Positions 40,398-54,989 of a stretch of 64,000 nt of DNA are shown piece by piece. Positions within the stretch are counted from its first letter, which is position 1; each line of letters starts with the position of its first letter. The notes beneath the pieces are model-generated. The model did no database searches and was not told where the DNA came from. It worked only from the letters and a program-made list of their open reading frames with translations. The position numbers and the translations under genes are program-made. Source of the stretch: Octopus sinensis (taxonomy: Eukaryota); the NCBI RefSeq assembly GCF_006345805.1, contig NC_042998.1, positions 103,044,001 to 103,108,000 on the forward strand, in the 5' to 3' direction.

Positions 40398-41031
40398 TGT
40401 GTGCGTGTGTGTGTTTGTGTGATACTCGGGAAGTTTCTAAAATATATTTCAGTTTTCCTAGAAATAACAAATACATCTCTCTCAAAGTACACAGATTGCC
40501 CGTTGTATGTGTCTATGTGTATGTAAATGATCCAACAGGAGAGGCACTTCAAGGTAATTGAAGAGATAAAAATAGCAGTTATGTCTTTCTGAAACAACAC
40601 TTAACATCATCAATACTTTTATCATCGTCGTCGTCATCATCATCATCAAAATCTCACCTCCTCCTCCTCCTCCTCATCATCATCATCATCATCATCATCG
40701 TCATCATTTTATACACATTTTCAGTGCTTACTTTTTTCTTTCGTTTCATTTGTCACATGGTTTCAACGCTTGTATGCCCTTCCTAACACTCGCCATTTTA
40801 CGTTGTTTAAAGGATGTAATCTTCATGGTACCAATACAAGAAAAATTGCGATAAAGATCCCCTGGTCAGCAAGTTGTCCCTGATCTTTCTCCAGCCTTAT
40901 ACAGTGTGTTTTATCGACGCAGCAGTGAATTTGTCTTGCACTCTATAAGACTAAATACTCTTCTAAGTTATTTATGCTTGTTTAAGGCCATCCAGCAGAA
41001 CATGCTCAATTCATATATATATGTACATATA

Positions 41032-42142
41032 CAGGGTGAGGTGAATAAATTGTCATCTAAATTGTGCAAAAACGAAAATAACACTGACATCTATCTCATC
41101 TTGACAGATATACTTACCAAAATTACATTAATATATCTTGAAATCTCCTGAAACTCTTCTGGGCGGCCTCCTTGTTTAAGTTGATGAATGCTGCCATAAT
41201 CCTTGCCTTAAGTTGATCTTTGGTGTTACAAGGAGTTTTGTTGGTCTCTTGATCAACTGCACGCAACACGTAATAATCAGCGAGGTTGACCAGGTTTAGG
41301 GTTGATGTGGTCGCAGAAATTGTCTGATAGCCATAACTGGGTTATCCTGCTTGTGTGACATGGCACAGAGTCCTGTTGCCAGACATAGGGTTTTCCTGCA
41401 GCCACCCTCTTGACTACCTTTTCCAGGTACTCGATGTAAGCCTCTGAGGCCGTGTGAGATGAATGGAGGCATGATGTTTGATTTTTATTACTTTCGGTAC
41501 ATGTTTTGGAGACACGGCATGCCAACGGTTATTCTGTGTGTTCACCAGTTGATCTTGGCAAAACATTTTCTCATCTGTGAAAAACCAAGCAATTTCGGTT
41601 GGAGAGGAAGCTTGAGTTTGTTCACAGGTTTGATGGCTTGGGATAAAAACTGGCATTTTCTTCTCTTGTATACGGAATACCGAATGTCTTCATGCATCAC
41701 CTGCCTGTTAACGTAGTCTCTCCCATGTCTCTGGCGATGGACCTGATTGACTTGGAGAAATCGTTGTCAATCATGGCATGGATCTCACCGACAAATTCAG
41801 AAGTTCTTTTCTTAGAACGATCTGAGTGATTTTTCCGAGCTGCTGTACCTTCGTAATAACCATTAGACTCATTTAAGTCTTTCCAAATTCTCTGCACTAT
41901 CCTCAGATTGACATTCAAACACTGAAATATTTGTATTTAAGATTCCGGCGTGAATGCCAAGCATTACAGAATGTTGTTTGCAAATTTCTGGCGGAATGAA
42001 TTGCGTCATAGTGCTGTTTTTTTCTTACAGACGGTGCCCAACTGACCCTAATATACTGTGTAGTCGACAAAATCAAAAACAAAAAATGCGCATGCTTGTA
42101 ATCAAAAATATAAAATAGCGACAATTTACCCATCACATCCTG
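41032..42142 (-). mobile_element. Tc1/mariner-superfamily transposon (maT/DD37D-like), disrupted
   Basis: Imperfect TIRs CAGGGTGAGGTGAATAAATTGTC and GACAATTTACCCATCACATCCTG, with TA on both sides. Motifs FFTDEKMF..NTQNNRW and YVWQQDSVPCHTS. Confidence 0.85.
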
Positions 42143-42542
42143 TAAATGTATATATGTGTATTCGTGTATGTGTGCGTATGTATGCATGTATGAGTGGACG
42201 TATCGCAAACAACTAAGAAGCATTCTGAGTTACAGTATAAATCTACAACCATGCAAATTTTCCCTTAGTATGCGCAAAATATCATATAGTGAATGTACTG
42301 ACGTTCTTTCCAGTTCTACTACTACAGCGTGGTATCGTAACATTGATTGACGTAAACTCTATTTATTATCTTGAATATTCTGTACCAAAAGCGCCGTTTG
42401 TCCCTCAACGATAATACACACACAATATATAAATATGCATATATATATGTATATGTCTATATATATATATATATTAATATATATAAATACACACATATAT
42501 ACAGACACACACAAACACACACACACACACATATATATATAT

Positions 42543-42588
<46 letters not shown>

Positions 42589-42589
42589 C

Positions 42590-42997
<408 letters not shown>

Positions 42998-43376
42998 TCT
43001 ATATATAAACGGCAGTTTGTCTGTGCGTGTTTCTGTGTGTCTGTTTGCTTGTACCCTCACCCTGACCACGGCTTTCAACCGATTCTGATGAAACTTGACA
43101 CACACATAGCCCAATGTCATAATTCAAAACTAACGCAGCGAAAATTTTGAAAAGTTCCCCCAGTTCTGAAAAAAATCGATAAATTCGACATGGGGTCGAG
43201 AATCAGGAACACAAACCACAAACTGTGTAGGGGACGCAACTCCACCTTTTTTAACTATCAAAAAAATTTACCATCATTTTTTTCCATTTTTTTGCTATTT
43301 TTTGGCTATAACTCTCTAAAAATGCTTTATAGTTATTTCCCTTACAAACCTGAGCAACGCCGGGCGATACTGCTAG
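42998..43376 (+). mobile_element. Non-autonomous Helitron
   Basis: 5' TC(TATATATAAA), 3' GC-rich GCAACGCCGGGCG followed by CTAG, inserted between A and T inside (TA)n. Confidence 0.8.
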
Positions 43377-44178
43377 TATATATATATATCGGCACTATTA
43401 TGTGTCTCTTATTTACCACTGGGATATTTTTCTATTTGCTCCAAATATATTTTCACATTTTTCTTAACGTGAAATCAATTCAAAAATACTTAATCCAGAA
43501 ATACAGAAATTATATCCACAAATGCGACGTTGAGCAATCATTTTCATTTATCCCAATTTACGTGTATATATATATGCATACATACATGCATACTCATATA
43601 AAATCTTGCTGAATACTTTCACTTTATAGAAGATTTAGTGGTACAACACGCCAAAGCACCTTTTCCAAGAAACGAAACGCGCAGATTAATAAGGGCAAAA
43701 CACCATAATAAAAGCCAAACACTATAACCACTGGGCTACACACATTCATGCCTCTTAGGCAAGCAGAAGATAAAAACAAACAGAAATATTCACAATTCTT
43801 TGGCAGGTAGAATTTCTCAGTGCTTGATTGTAGAAATGCAGTGCTTTAGTTCAAGTATGCTTTTAAATATTTCATGTTATTTCATTTCAAGAAACCTATT
43901 ATTTTAAAGATGCATGTACAGGTTTTTTCACATTAATAGTTTTAAAATAATATATTGATGTGTACATGGTGTATGTAAGTATATGTTAATGTGTTTACGT
44001 ATATATGTATGTATGTTGTATGTATATAATACATACATATACACATATATACATATACACACACACGAATATATATTATATATATATATATATATACATA
44101 TGCATATATATATGTGTGTGTCTCAGTGTGTATGTATATATACATATATATATATACACACACACATATATATATATA

Positions 44179-44238
<60 letters not shown>

Positions 44239-44259
44239 TATATTATATATATATATATG

Positions 44260-44343
44260 AAAGACGGTTTGAAAATGCAATTTTAAAAGATGTTTATAAA
44301 AGTGAATAAACATCTTTAAAGTTGCATTTTCAAACCTTCTTTT
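44260..44343. repeat. ~84 bp fold-back inside (TA)n
   Basis: ~38 bp arms with an 8 nt spacer; the arm matches 16310-16346. Confidence 0.85.
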
Positions 44344-44414
44344 ATATATATTCCCACTCGTGCGGTAGCTTACAACTTCACTTTGTTATATATACATACA
44401 TATATATATATATA

Positions 44415-44447
<33 letters not shown>

Positions 44448-44517
44448 CGAGAATGATATACCGAGGTGTGAATGATGTATGTATGCAGAGATGTATGCGT
44501 GTATGCATGTATATATA

Positions 44518-44556
<39 letters not shown>

Positions 44557-44725
44557 GTATATACACATATATATATATATAATCATACATACATACATAC
44601 ATGTACATTATAACTATATTTTACATATACATATAGGTATATGAAGGTGTGTATGCTTGCTGAAACACGTGTAATGCTTTAACAAAAAGAATATGCAAAT
44701 ATTTACAAATATTTGTTTTCTATGA

Positions 44726-44767
<42 letters not shown>

Positions 44768-45929
44768 ATATATAATATATATATATATTATATATATATA
44801 TAATATATATATATATATATGGTGCTCATACTGTTGCTAGCGCATTGTGTTGTTTTCTATATAAGACATTTCTAATATAGATTTGGGCACGAATTAAATT
44901 TTCATAACTTTAAATCTGTGCTTCAAATACACAGACGTGATGTGAACAGTTCAGTTTATTAATATCGCATCTACATGAGCTTTTCACAATGATTTTTTAA
45001 AGACTCGACACCTATTTTATCTATTTAATTGCTTGCAGCAAAGAACATGGTGGTTTTGCCTACACACACGCATACACACACACAAACACACACATGTACA
45101 CACACACACATATATGCATTCATATATACACACATACAAACACACGTTGTATGTATGTCAGTGTGTGTCTTTGTGTGTTTATGTGTGTTCGTGTGTTTGT
45201 GTGTGTGTGAGTGTTTATGTGTATGTGCGTACGCATTTTCTGTGTGTGCGTGTGTGTGTGTGTTTGTGTGGAGAAATTTGGGAGTGGGGTGGGTTTTATT
45301 TCAGAAAATCCATTTCGTTGTCATTTTGGACAGCTCAACACTAAAGATAAATTAACGTAAATCTTTATGGCACCATTAAATCGGCGTGTCCTTGTGTGAG
45401 AATATACATACATACAAGTATGCATATATGTTTGTGTGTATATATCAATATATGTGTGCATAAATATATATGTAATTTATGTAAATGCCTAGTGTATATG
45501 TGTGTATGTGCTTGTGTACGCTTGTGTGATTACATACATTTGTATTTTTAGATCTTTCTCTCTCTCACACACACACTCTCTCTTTACACACATACACACA
45601 CACACATATATATGCATACACACATACTCACACATTTCTCTATGTACAATAGTATCATCATCATCATAATTTTATGCCCATGCTTTATCACAGCATGCGT
45701 TGCGCTGTTTGACAGGATCTGACTGCCTCGGAAATGCATTGCGCTCAAGTGTCTCTGCTTTGACAAGATTTCTCCGGCTAAAGATCCTCCTAACACCAAC
45801 AACTTTATATCATATACTGGGGGCTGTTTTTATCGCACCAGCACTAGTCAGCTCGTGATGCAGTGTGCAAGAATATGATGTCTTTCAAATACAAGTATAT
45901 ACAGCAGAAAATGGTTGTTTATGCTAGGA

Positions 45930-46560
45930 TATGAGAGCATAAGTATGTAAGAAGGGAATAGTACAGAATGGGTTTCTTGGTGTAGAGGAATCATATGACA
46001 ATTCAAGATATAGAAAGTGTGAAGTACAAAAGATTAAATAGTATGGTTGAGGTGTGAGTATGCCCCATGAATGTACGAGTTGAGTTGAACTGAGCGGAGG
46101 CAAGAGAGCAGGGAATGCGTGTGAATAGAGTTCGCAAGGATGTATAGGAGAGTGAGACATGGTTAAAGTTGGGGAAAGAAAACGCGCTGAAGGAAGTTAA
46201 GAGAAGATATAGAATAATAAATGATAAATTTAGAAATTAGTTGAGATTGAGTGATGGATATAGAGAATGGTAGCTAAGATATGGGGTCTACCATCATAGA
46301 TATGAATTGAGAGAGAGCAGAAAAAAGTTGGTGTGAAGGACACAAGAATATTAATAACAATACAGAAAACAAGAAAAGTTTTAGAGAATTTGAGAAAAAG
46401 AGAGTGGGCCAGATACGGTGTTGCTGATTGACATTAATGTAAAAAGTGTGTTGAGAGAACACTATTAAGAAATATGGGTAGAATATAAAATAGTTTCGGA
46501 CAGTAAGAAGGATAACTGATTTCAAGGAAACACTCGTGAAGTGTGCAGTTCTGTTCACAT
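45930..46560 (-). mobile_element. Old L2-like LINE 3' fragment
   Basis: Degenerate minus-strand translation (SLLSCLRSVQ...HTHTSTILFNLL) resembles L2 C-termini. Confidence 0.4.
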
Positions 46561-46679
46561 GTAATTACAGCAGCAGAGTACCACAGTTAGGGATATGAGG
46601 GGTAATTGGGTCCATTTATGCATATGCATGTGTGTTTGTATTTGTGTATGCAAATTGTATTTCTTCTATCTCAAATTCT

Positions 46680-48320
46680 CAGAGATGAGTACGTCTTCTC
46701 AAGAACAGCATATCGCCAGACGTGCAGGTCCTTTCCTTCTCCCCAAGGTCCTAAGATCAGCCCTCATAGTTCGACCCATATATTCTTGGTTCTTTCTCTT
46801 CCGAAAGCTCCATCTGCATTAATTGATCTGCACCTCATTATAGGGCTCTCTCCTCATTCATACGCATCAAATTTTTCTCTCTGCTCATTTGTACTTTGTG
46901 GTTCATACACACTCATACTGGGCGTCTAGAGGAGTATGACATTTTCGTTTCTTTCTATTCTTTACTAGTCCTCATACTAATAAGACATATTTGTTTCCAA
47001 GAGATATTTGTTGCCACTATGCAGCATTGCAGTTCGGACACAAGTGCCGTACATACTACACTTCACTTGAGAGAAATGACATTTATTGACAGCAGTGGTA
47101 ATAGCTTATGAACTTTTTCCAACCTATTCTTACTATGGCTAATATATTTACAGAACAACCACATCCCTTGCTAATTATATCCCATAGTTAACAAAAGATA
47201 TCAACTAATTCTAGTGAACCATCCAGTATTTCAGAGAAGCTATTTCTGGGGTAATATGAGAACTTCTGACACTAGTGTAAGTCACATTTGAAACTTACTC
47301 TGCCTTTGATACTACTACAATTCTTGTACATCCATTTTGTCTTTTGGATACAATCTATGTAGTTTATGCATACCCTTTTTCTGCATATCGAGCAAGTCCA
47401 TTTCCGTGAAGGTATCCGTGTGCTGTCATCTTTTCTGCTTACTAAAACCTTAGTCTTTGCTAAGTTTACACTGAGCCCTCTGTATTCTAGATGTAGCTTC
47501 CATACCTGAAATTTCCTCACTAATTCCACTACAGATTCAGCTATGAGAACTATATCGTCAACATATAGTAATTCCCATGGATAGCCAAATTTAAACTCAT
47601 TTTTGATGGCCTGTGTGACTATGATGACTAGCAAGGGAGTGAGGATTGAACTTTGGCGGAATCCTATGCAAAATTCATGATTGAAATCATTATTGACTCA
47701 TTTTAATTACTGCATCATTATACATAGATTTTACAGCCATCAAGATCGTACTTCTAAGCCTTCTTTCCTTGGGGTTCATCTAATTTCTGAGCGTGGTACC
47801 CCGTCAAACACTTCCAAGTCAACGGAAACCAGAAATGGTGATTAAATATAAACAAAGTATTTCTCATGGCGTTACCTCACTGGGAAGTAGGCATCCGTGT
47901 TACCTCCTTCGGACACAAAGCCAGTCTACATCTCATTTAATTCTCGGCAGTGAAATACCGATTGCACGATGGATATCGCTATGGCCTTCATAACCTGACC
48001 CAGTAGTTTGATTCCTTGTTTCCTCTCCTTAAGTCGTCTCTTTTGCCTTTGCAACAGTTTACGATGACATGTCCAACGTCGGGTATGACACCTTCTTGCA
48101 TGACTTCAATAAGTATCATATCTCTCTTCTCACCAGATATTTTGAACATCTGCTTAACTATCCCTCATATATCTGCAGCTTTTCTCCTCTTCATATTCAT
48201 AATCGCTTTATGTATCACTGGTCCTTCTTACAGAGGGACTAGTGTTTGATCTTACAGATAAACATTGCTGATCTCCCGTAAAATAAACAGGATGTAGCAT
48301 CTGTATATCCCAAGCATTCT
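46680..48320 (-). mobile_element. RTE-clade LINE fragments with deletions
   Basis: IVNCCKGKRD; PWELLYVDDIVLIAES..VNLAKTKVL..WTCSICRK; and a C-terminal fragment at ~46700-46950. Confidence 0.8.
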
Positions 48321-48365
48321 CTACATTTAGCATCCTTCACATAGCACAATGCTCCAATTGCAAAC

Positions 48366-48470
48366 AACTGCTGCGGCTGCTGCTGCTGCTGCTGTTGCTG
48401 CTGCTACTACTACTACTACTACTATTACTACTACTACTACTACTACTACTACTATACTACTACTACTACT
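48366..48470. repeat. (CTG)n(CTA)n microsatellite
   Basis: Directly visible. Confidence 0.95.
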
Positions 48471-48799
48471 AATGCTACCATACAACATATCGAACGCTAT
48501 TGAACCTAATCCGCTTGAACCAAAATCTAGCAATTTAAATAACATATGACATGTATATATGTGCTGTGTCGATGAAGATATGTATGCGCTTATATAAACT
48601 CGTATATATGAGTATATGCGTGTATATATATTTAACTCTTCTATTTTTAATTATTTAATGTCTTCTTTTAAGGAAATTGCTGTTAGTAAAATCATGCATA
48701 TTTGTTATTTTTCTGCTTACAGATTGTATTTGTAATATGCATTTAGCTAGTTGATTCCTTTCTCTGAAAACATTGCTTTCACTGTAACATACCTTTGTT

Positions 48800-49165
48800 T
48801 TTGTAACACAGTCCTCTGCGCATGCGTACTTATAGTCGGTACTATTGTGGTCACGTGATCGAAGTTTGAGCCTGATTGCGCCATTTAACTTTTTGTCTTT
48901 ACAGTGTAAGCACGGTCAATCCACTAGCAATGTGCACCAAAGAAGAACAAAGAGCAGTGATCCGATTTCTCTCGAATAGGGGTGGACGATCAACACTGCA
49001 AGATACAGTGCTTTGCTGGCCATCAAACTGAAGCTAACAATTCGCACCAAACGCCGAAGCCTATTGTCGAAGAAATTGTTGTTGTTGTATGATAATGCAC
49101 GCCCACACACGGCCGCCCACACCATTGAAATCATTAACCAATTGGGTTTTGAGGTTCTGGAACAT
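48800..49165 (+). mobile_element. Mariner deletion fragment
   Basis: MCTKEEQRAVIRFL is joined to LLLLYDNARPHTAAHT..LGFEVLEH, then truncated by (TATG)n. Confidence 0.8.
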
Positions 49166-49324
49166 GTATGCATGCATGCATGCATGTATGTGTGTATGTA
49201 TGTATGTATACATGTATGTATGTATGTATGTATGTATGTATGTATGTATGTATGTATGTATGTATGTATGTATGTATGTATGAATGAATGTAGGTATGCA
49301 TTTATGTATGTATGTATTGCGTAT

Positions 49325-49540
49325 GAAAGCGGAGAGTTAGCATAATTGTTAGTACGCCGCGCAAAATGCTTGACGGTATTTCGTTGGTTTTCACGCTCTG
49401 AGTGCAAATTTCGCCGAGGTTGACTTTGTTTTTCATCCTTTTGGGATCGATAAAATATGTACTAGCTGAGTACTGGAGTCGGTGTAACCGGCTATCCCTC
49501 TCCGCAAAATTTTAGGCCTTGCGCCTATAGTAAAAATAAT
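49325..49540 (+). mobile_element. tRNA-derived SINE (family B), degenerate
   Basis: Same head and central block as the 16.7-17.0 kb copy. Confidence 0.75.
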
Positions 49541-49564
49541 TATGTATGTATATACGTATGAATG

Positions 49565-49605
<41 letters not shown>

Positions 49606-50908
49606 ACCCAGAACCACGCTAATAGCCAGCATCTCCGAATATCAACCTTATTGAAAATCTTTGTCCCTTCATTAAACAGGATGTTTATGCCGATGGACGC
49701 CAATTTACATCGAAAGATCTCTTATGGGCGACCATCAAAATCTGCAGCAGCGGCAGTCCTACCTGCGACTATTAAGAAATTAACCGATTCTATAGCTAAT
49801 ATGGTTTCTAAAGTTATCCGTCGAAATGGCGCTCATGTTAAATAATTAATTATGTCAATAATTGTTATAATATTATTTTAGTTTTCTGTTAAATATATAC
49901 TCAATGTATGCTTAATATGTATCAGTACCCTTCATTTTCTGAAAAAATGTCCAGATGGGTTATTTTCATTCAAATGTTATTCGCGTGGTTCACCCAAAAA
50001 CTGAAGAATCTGAAATAAAAAAGAAGTACGTTACACAGAATAATGAAAACATAAAAATGGTGTTGCCATATTGTACAAACAAGCTGCGAAAACCGAGAAA
50101 TCCTATATTTCATTTCTAAGCTATTAGTGTGGGTCAAGATGTATATGCACATATTCATATATGTACAGATAAATTATCTTTGTACATTAAACAGTATCAA
50201 AATTCATTACTGGTGGGAGAAAGAATTTAAAATGATGCCATGAATGGTCTAATCATAAATATAATGTCTAAATACCCAATGGAAGGGAAGAATCCCAATG
50301 TCCTAGTTATTACAGATAAAATCTCTCTAAAGAAATAATAAAGTTTAGGTATTTTATAATAGAAACAAATCGAATTTACTTCACAGAGGAAAGGAATTCA
50401 AGACTGGATTATTTTCAGTTTACAGAACGAAAATGTGTTAAGCGTAATGATATTTATAAAGCTATAGTTAAAATTTATTTTTAATGCGTATGTTCCTTGT
50501 AGCCTACAAATTCCCCATTTTCAAAACAATTCTCGAGATCATCATATGAAGTGGGGGTTTGAAAACATGAACACGTGTAAACTTCTTTTTCGGTTGTCTA
50601 GAAAATGAATAAACAGAAAATAGAATAATAAAAGATCATAAAACTGACAAACCTCAAGAAAATGGTTAGACTATAGATGTATAAAACCGCTCAATTTATA
50701 TCGAATTTAGTGATTTAAAATAAAAATAAGGGGAAATTAGTTTTATTCAGTGTTTATTGGAGAATAAAATCCAGACAATAGATTATGTCGACTGTGAAAC
50801 ATAAACAGATTTTGAGATGGAAATATGTAAGTTCATTATTAATGATTATTTAAGATTTTCGACAAGGGATGTTCGAGGCTTATTGTAGTAATACATTGTA
50901 TGGGAGAA

Positions 50909-50956
<48 letters not shown>

Positions 50957-51122
50957 ACATAGAAAAACAATAGATAGAGAGAGAGAGAGGAGGAGACAGA
51001 CAGACAGACGGACAAATAGAGAAAGCAATGCATGTACTATATTTCTATACGCTTAAGTTCATGCACAGACACACACACACATATTCTTACTGCTTACAAA
51101 TCATTTTATATCAATATATAGA

Positions 51123-51184
<62 letters not shown>

Positions 51185-51287
51185 CATAAATATATATATA
51201 TGGATTATATATATGTATATGCATATATACATTATATAATGTATATATATATATATATATATAAATATATATGTATCTATGTATATA

Positions 51288-51327
<40 letters not shown>

Positions 51328-51336
<9 letters not shown>

Positions 51337-52350
51337 AATGAGGGTGAAAAATCGATATTAATTTAATAATACCATTAATTTAACACCAAGTGGCTTAGCC
51401 ACAAAAAACTACGGAGAAAATACAAATTTATACATAAATTATTAGAGAGTTATCCACTATGTGGATAACTCTAGTGCTAAAAATAGCTCCGAAGCAACCA
51501 CAAGATCTGTTTCCAACTAGAATCAACATACATTTAACGTAAGGAAAGTGAAATACAACGAATAAAATAGATTGACTCTATACAATTGTTTCATTACTAA
51601 TGTAATATGTAGTTTTACTTACACTTACATCTATAAATCTTCGGTAGAGTTTGTCAGAAATGCAATTAATTAGATCGATTCGAGCGTCAAAAACACGAGC
51701 GGTCCAACCAATTACATTTTTAGTTATGTCTCAAATTCCGCGCCAAAAGCATGCCTAGACTCCATTGGAAACGTATGCCGCATCAAATAAAATATTGACT
51801 GCCGCGTAGTTAAATTTATAAAATTATAAATGAGGGTGAAAAATCGATATTAATTTAATAATACCATTAATTTAACACCAAGTGGCTTAGCACAAAAACT
51901 ACGGAGAAAATACAAAGTTATACATAAATTATTAGAGAGTTATCCACTATGTGGATAACTCTAGTGCTAAAAATAGCTCCGAAGCAACCACAGAAGATCT
52001 GTTTCCAACTAGAATCAACATACATTTAACGGAAGGAAAGTGAAATACAACGAATAAAATAGATTGACTCTATACAATGTTTCATTACTAATGTAATATG
52101 TAGTTTTACTTACACTTACATCTATAAATCTTCGGTAGAGTTTGTCAGAATGCAATTAATTAGATCGATTCGAGCGTCAAAAACACGAGCGGTCCAACCA
52201 ATTACATTTTTAGTTATGTCTCAAATTCCGCGCCAAAAGCATGCCTAGACTCCATTGGAAACGTATGCCGCATCAAATAAAATATTGACTGCCGCGTAGT
52301 TAAATTTATAAAATTATAAATGAGGGTGAAAAATCGATATTAATTTAATA
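51328..52350. repeat. ~490 bp tandem repeat, 2.1 copies
   Basis: Units start AAAATTATAAATGAGGGTGAAAAATCG at ~51328, ~51820 and ~52311. Confidence 0.9.
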
Positions 52351-52366
52351 TGAATATATCTATTAA

Positions 52367-52397
<31 letters not shown>

Positions 52398-53609
52398 TAG
52401 ATGCATACATACATATGCACAGCACAGACATATATGTATGTATGTATAGTTCACAGTTGCGTAAGGTAAGATGAACAAAAAATTCTCCATCGAGTGACAG
52501 ACAAATATCATTTAATGCACATAGTAAAAAGATTAGAGGTACTAATATTTTCTTGTTGCCTAGACACGTGTCTTCACAGCCAAAACTATTAGAAGCTCTT
52601 AACTCTTACCTTTATTATTTATAATGTCTACATTAAATAATATATACATATACATATATATATACATATACATATATATATACATATGCATATATATATA
52701 TATATATAATATATATATATATATTATATATATATATATAGGCGTGAGTAAGTGTATGTGTGTGTTAACATTTACAATAAAGGATATATTTATGTACAAG
52801 AACAGGGAGCTCAAGGTTAATAGAAAATAATATAGAAAGCAAATGTGTTCCTAGTTTTCTATCCAAACAAATTCTGGGTGTTATTTATTTGTTAAAGATT
52901 GTAAGAGGATTATATATTATTTGTGTTCTGTTGCATTATAGATATGATCCACGCCATCAATATGTGTATTTTAAACCGTAATTATGGTGTCTCTGTATAT
53001 GAGAATATATTAATTATTTGGCTGACAGAAAGAGCCTGGGGTGAACGTTCTGCATAAGAAATGCAAATACGATACGTCACAATTATATAATACACTGAAT
53101 TGTAAGTTTCCATTAAGTAAGGTTATTCATACAATTAGTAAGCAAAATCTCTTTCGGGGTGTTTCAAAAATGGAAACACCAAACAAGAAAGATGACTACG
53201 ATGTAGTTTAATTTTTCGAGGATAACGGCTATGCAAATGAGTGTGTATGTTTTATTCAATATCATTTGGTGAATGTGCAATTACGTTTCTAATTTGTTAG
53301 TCTTTTCAACTGAAGGACAATAGACAAAAATTCTTGCGCAACGTCAATGTTTTCCAGAAATGTTAATCGACAGATCTTAGTGGAATTACCGTCTTTGATC
53401 CTTGTCGGAAGGAATTTACGATAGAGATTTCTACTAACTGTGCAGACACGCTTATTTCATCGAAGCTTTGCAGGTCAATATTCAGACACTGAGATCTATA
53501 CATATATGTTATTAAAATACAAGAAACTCCGATGAGATATATCCCCATTGCTAATATATTAACATTCATACATAATGTTTTTAGTATATTCATGGCTTAA
53601 GATATATGG

Positions 53610-53677
<68 letters not shown>

Positions 53678-53708
53678 AGATGCATACATACATATGCACA
53701 GCACAGAC

Positions 53709-53741
<33 letters not shown>

Positions 53742-53994
53742 TGTATAGTTCACAGTTGCGTAAGGTAAGATGAACAAAAAATTCTCCATCGAGTGACAGA
53801 CAAATATCATTTAATGCACATAGTAAAAAGATTAGAGGTACTAATATTTTCTTGTTGCCTAGACACGTGTCTTCACAGCCAAAAACTATTAGAAGCTCTT
53901 AACTCTTACCTTTATTATTTATAATGTCTACATTAAATAATATATACATATACATATATATATACATATGCATATATATATATATATATAATAT

Positions 53995-54045
<51 letters not shown>
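52367..54045. repeat. Near-identical ~370-420 bp direct duplication (52367-52740 and 53620-54045)
   Basis: The shared unique core GATGCATACATACATATGCACAGCAC...GTCTACATTAAATAA occurs twice. Confidence 0.9.
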
Positions 54046-54073
<28 letters not shown>

Positions 54074-54279
54074 ATATATATACTGAAAACATTTAAACTT
54101 CTGAACTCTATATAATCCACTACGCTGGGGGAGTTCTAATAAAACAGAAATAAGCCAGTATAGATGACTTTCAAGAAAAGGCCTATACGTGTCTGCATCG
54201 ATTTCACTTTCCCCAGGATTCCGTTAACTGAAGAGTCTTGAGTTATCTACCTTATTTGAGTTACATTTTAGCAGTTAAA

Positions 54280-54326
<47 letters not shown>

Positions 54327-54869
54327 AAGAATTCTTTCTGCAAATCATCCCAAATAATTTAATGGTACTCCATCTAGTGACACCTGTTTACATATGTGTT
54401 TGTGTGTGTGTGTGTGTGTGTGAGTGTGTTTGCGTTTGTAGTGTTTGACGTGGTGTTCAGATATTGTATATTGAGAAAAAAGAGGCAGTCAGAATTTTGG
54501 ATAATTCTTTATTAGTGCTTTCGTTAGATAAGAAAAGAGGGGAGGTTGCAGTCATCACTGAAAACTAAGAAAGAGTTCGAAGTTCAAAGCCCTATGAAAA
54601 TGTATATTCCTTTGCACTTGTATAGTCAAATCCCATATTCTGTGTAATTCCATGTTTTGCGAAAAGAAACATTAAATATTAGCACACAATTCATAAATTA
54701 GGAAAATTAAGTCAGAATTTAAAAAAAGCAATTTGAGTTCGGTACTGTTTATCCTTCAATCTATTAACGTGTAAGTAGGTTCTGATTTCAAATTCCGCAG
54801 CGGTTGAAAACAGCCGCTGCGGAATTTGAACTCAGAAACTACTGACGGGAGGAAAGCTGCTAAGTGTTA

Positions 54870-54919
<50 letters not shown>

Positions 54920-54989
54920 GTGTGTGTGTGTGTGTGTAGGTATACCCACACACACATGTATATATATATATATTTATATATAGCACGTA

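Noticed and set aside
51444-51470. Inverted TTATCCAC(A/T) pair resembling bacterial DnaA boxes
   Set aside because: The context is eukaryotic repeat DNA; the match is a by-product of the hairpin, with no other oriC features.
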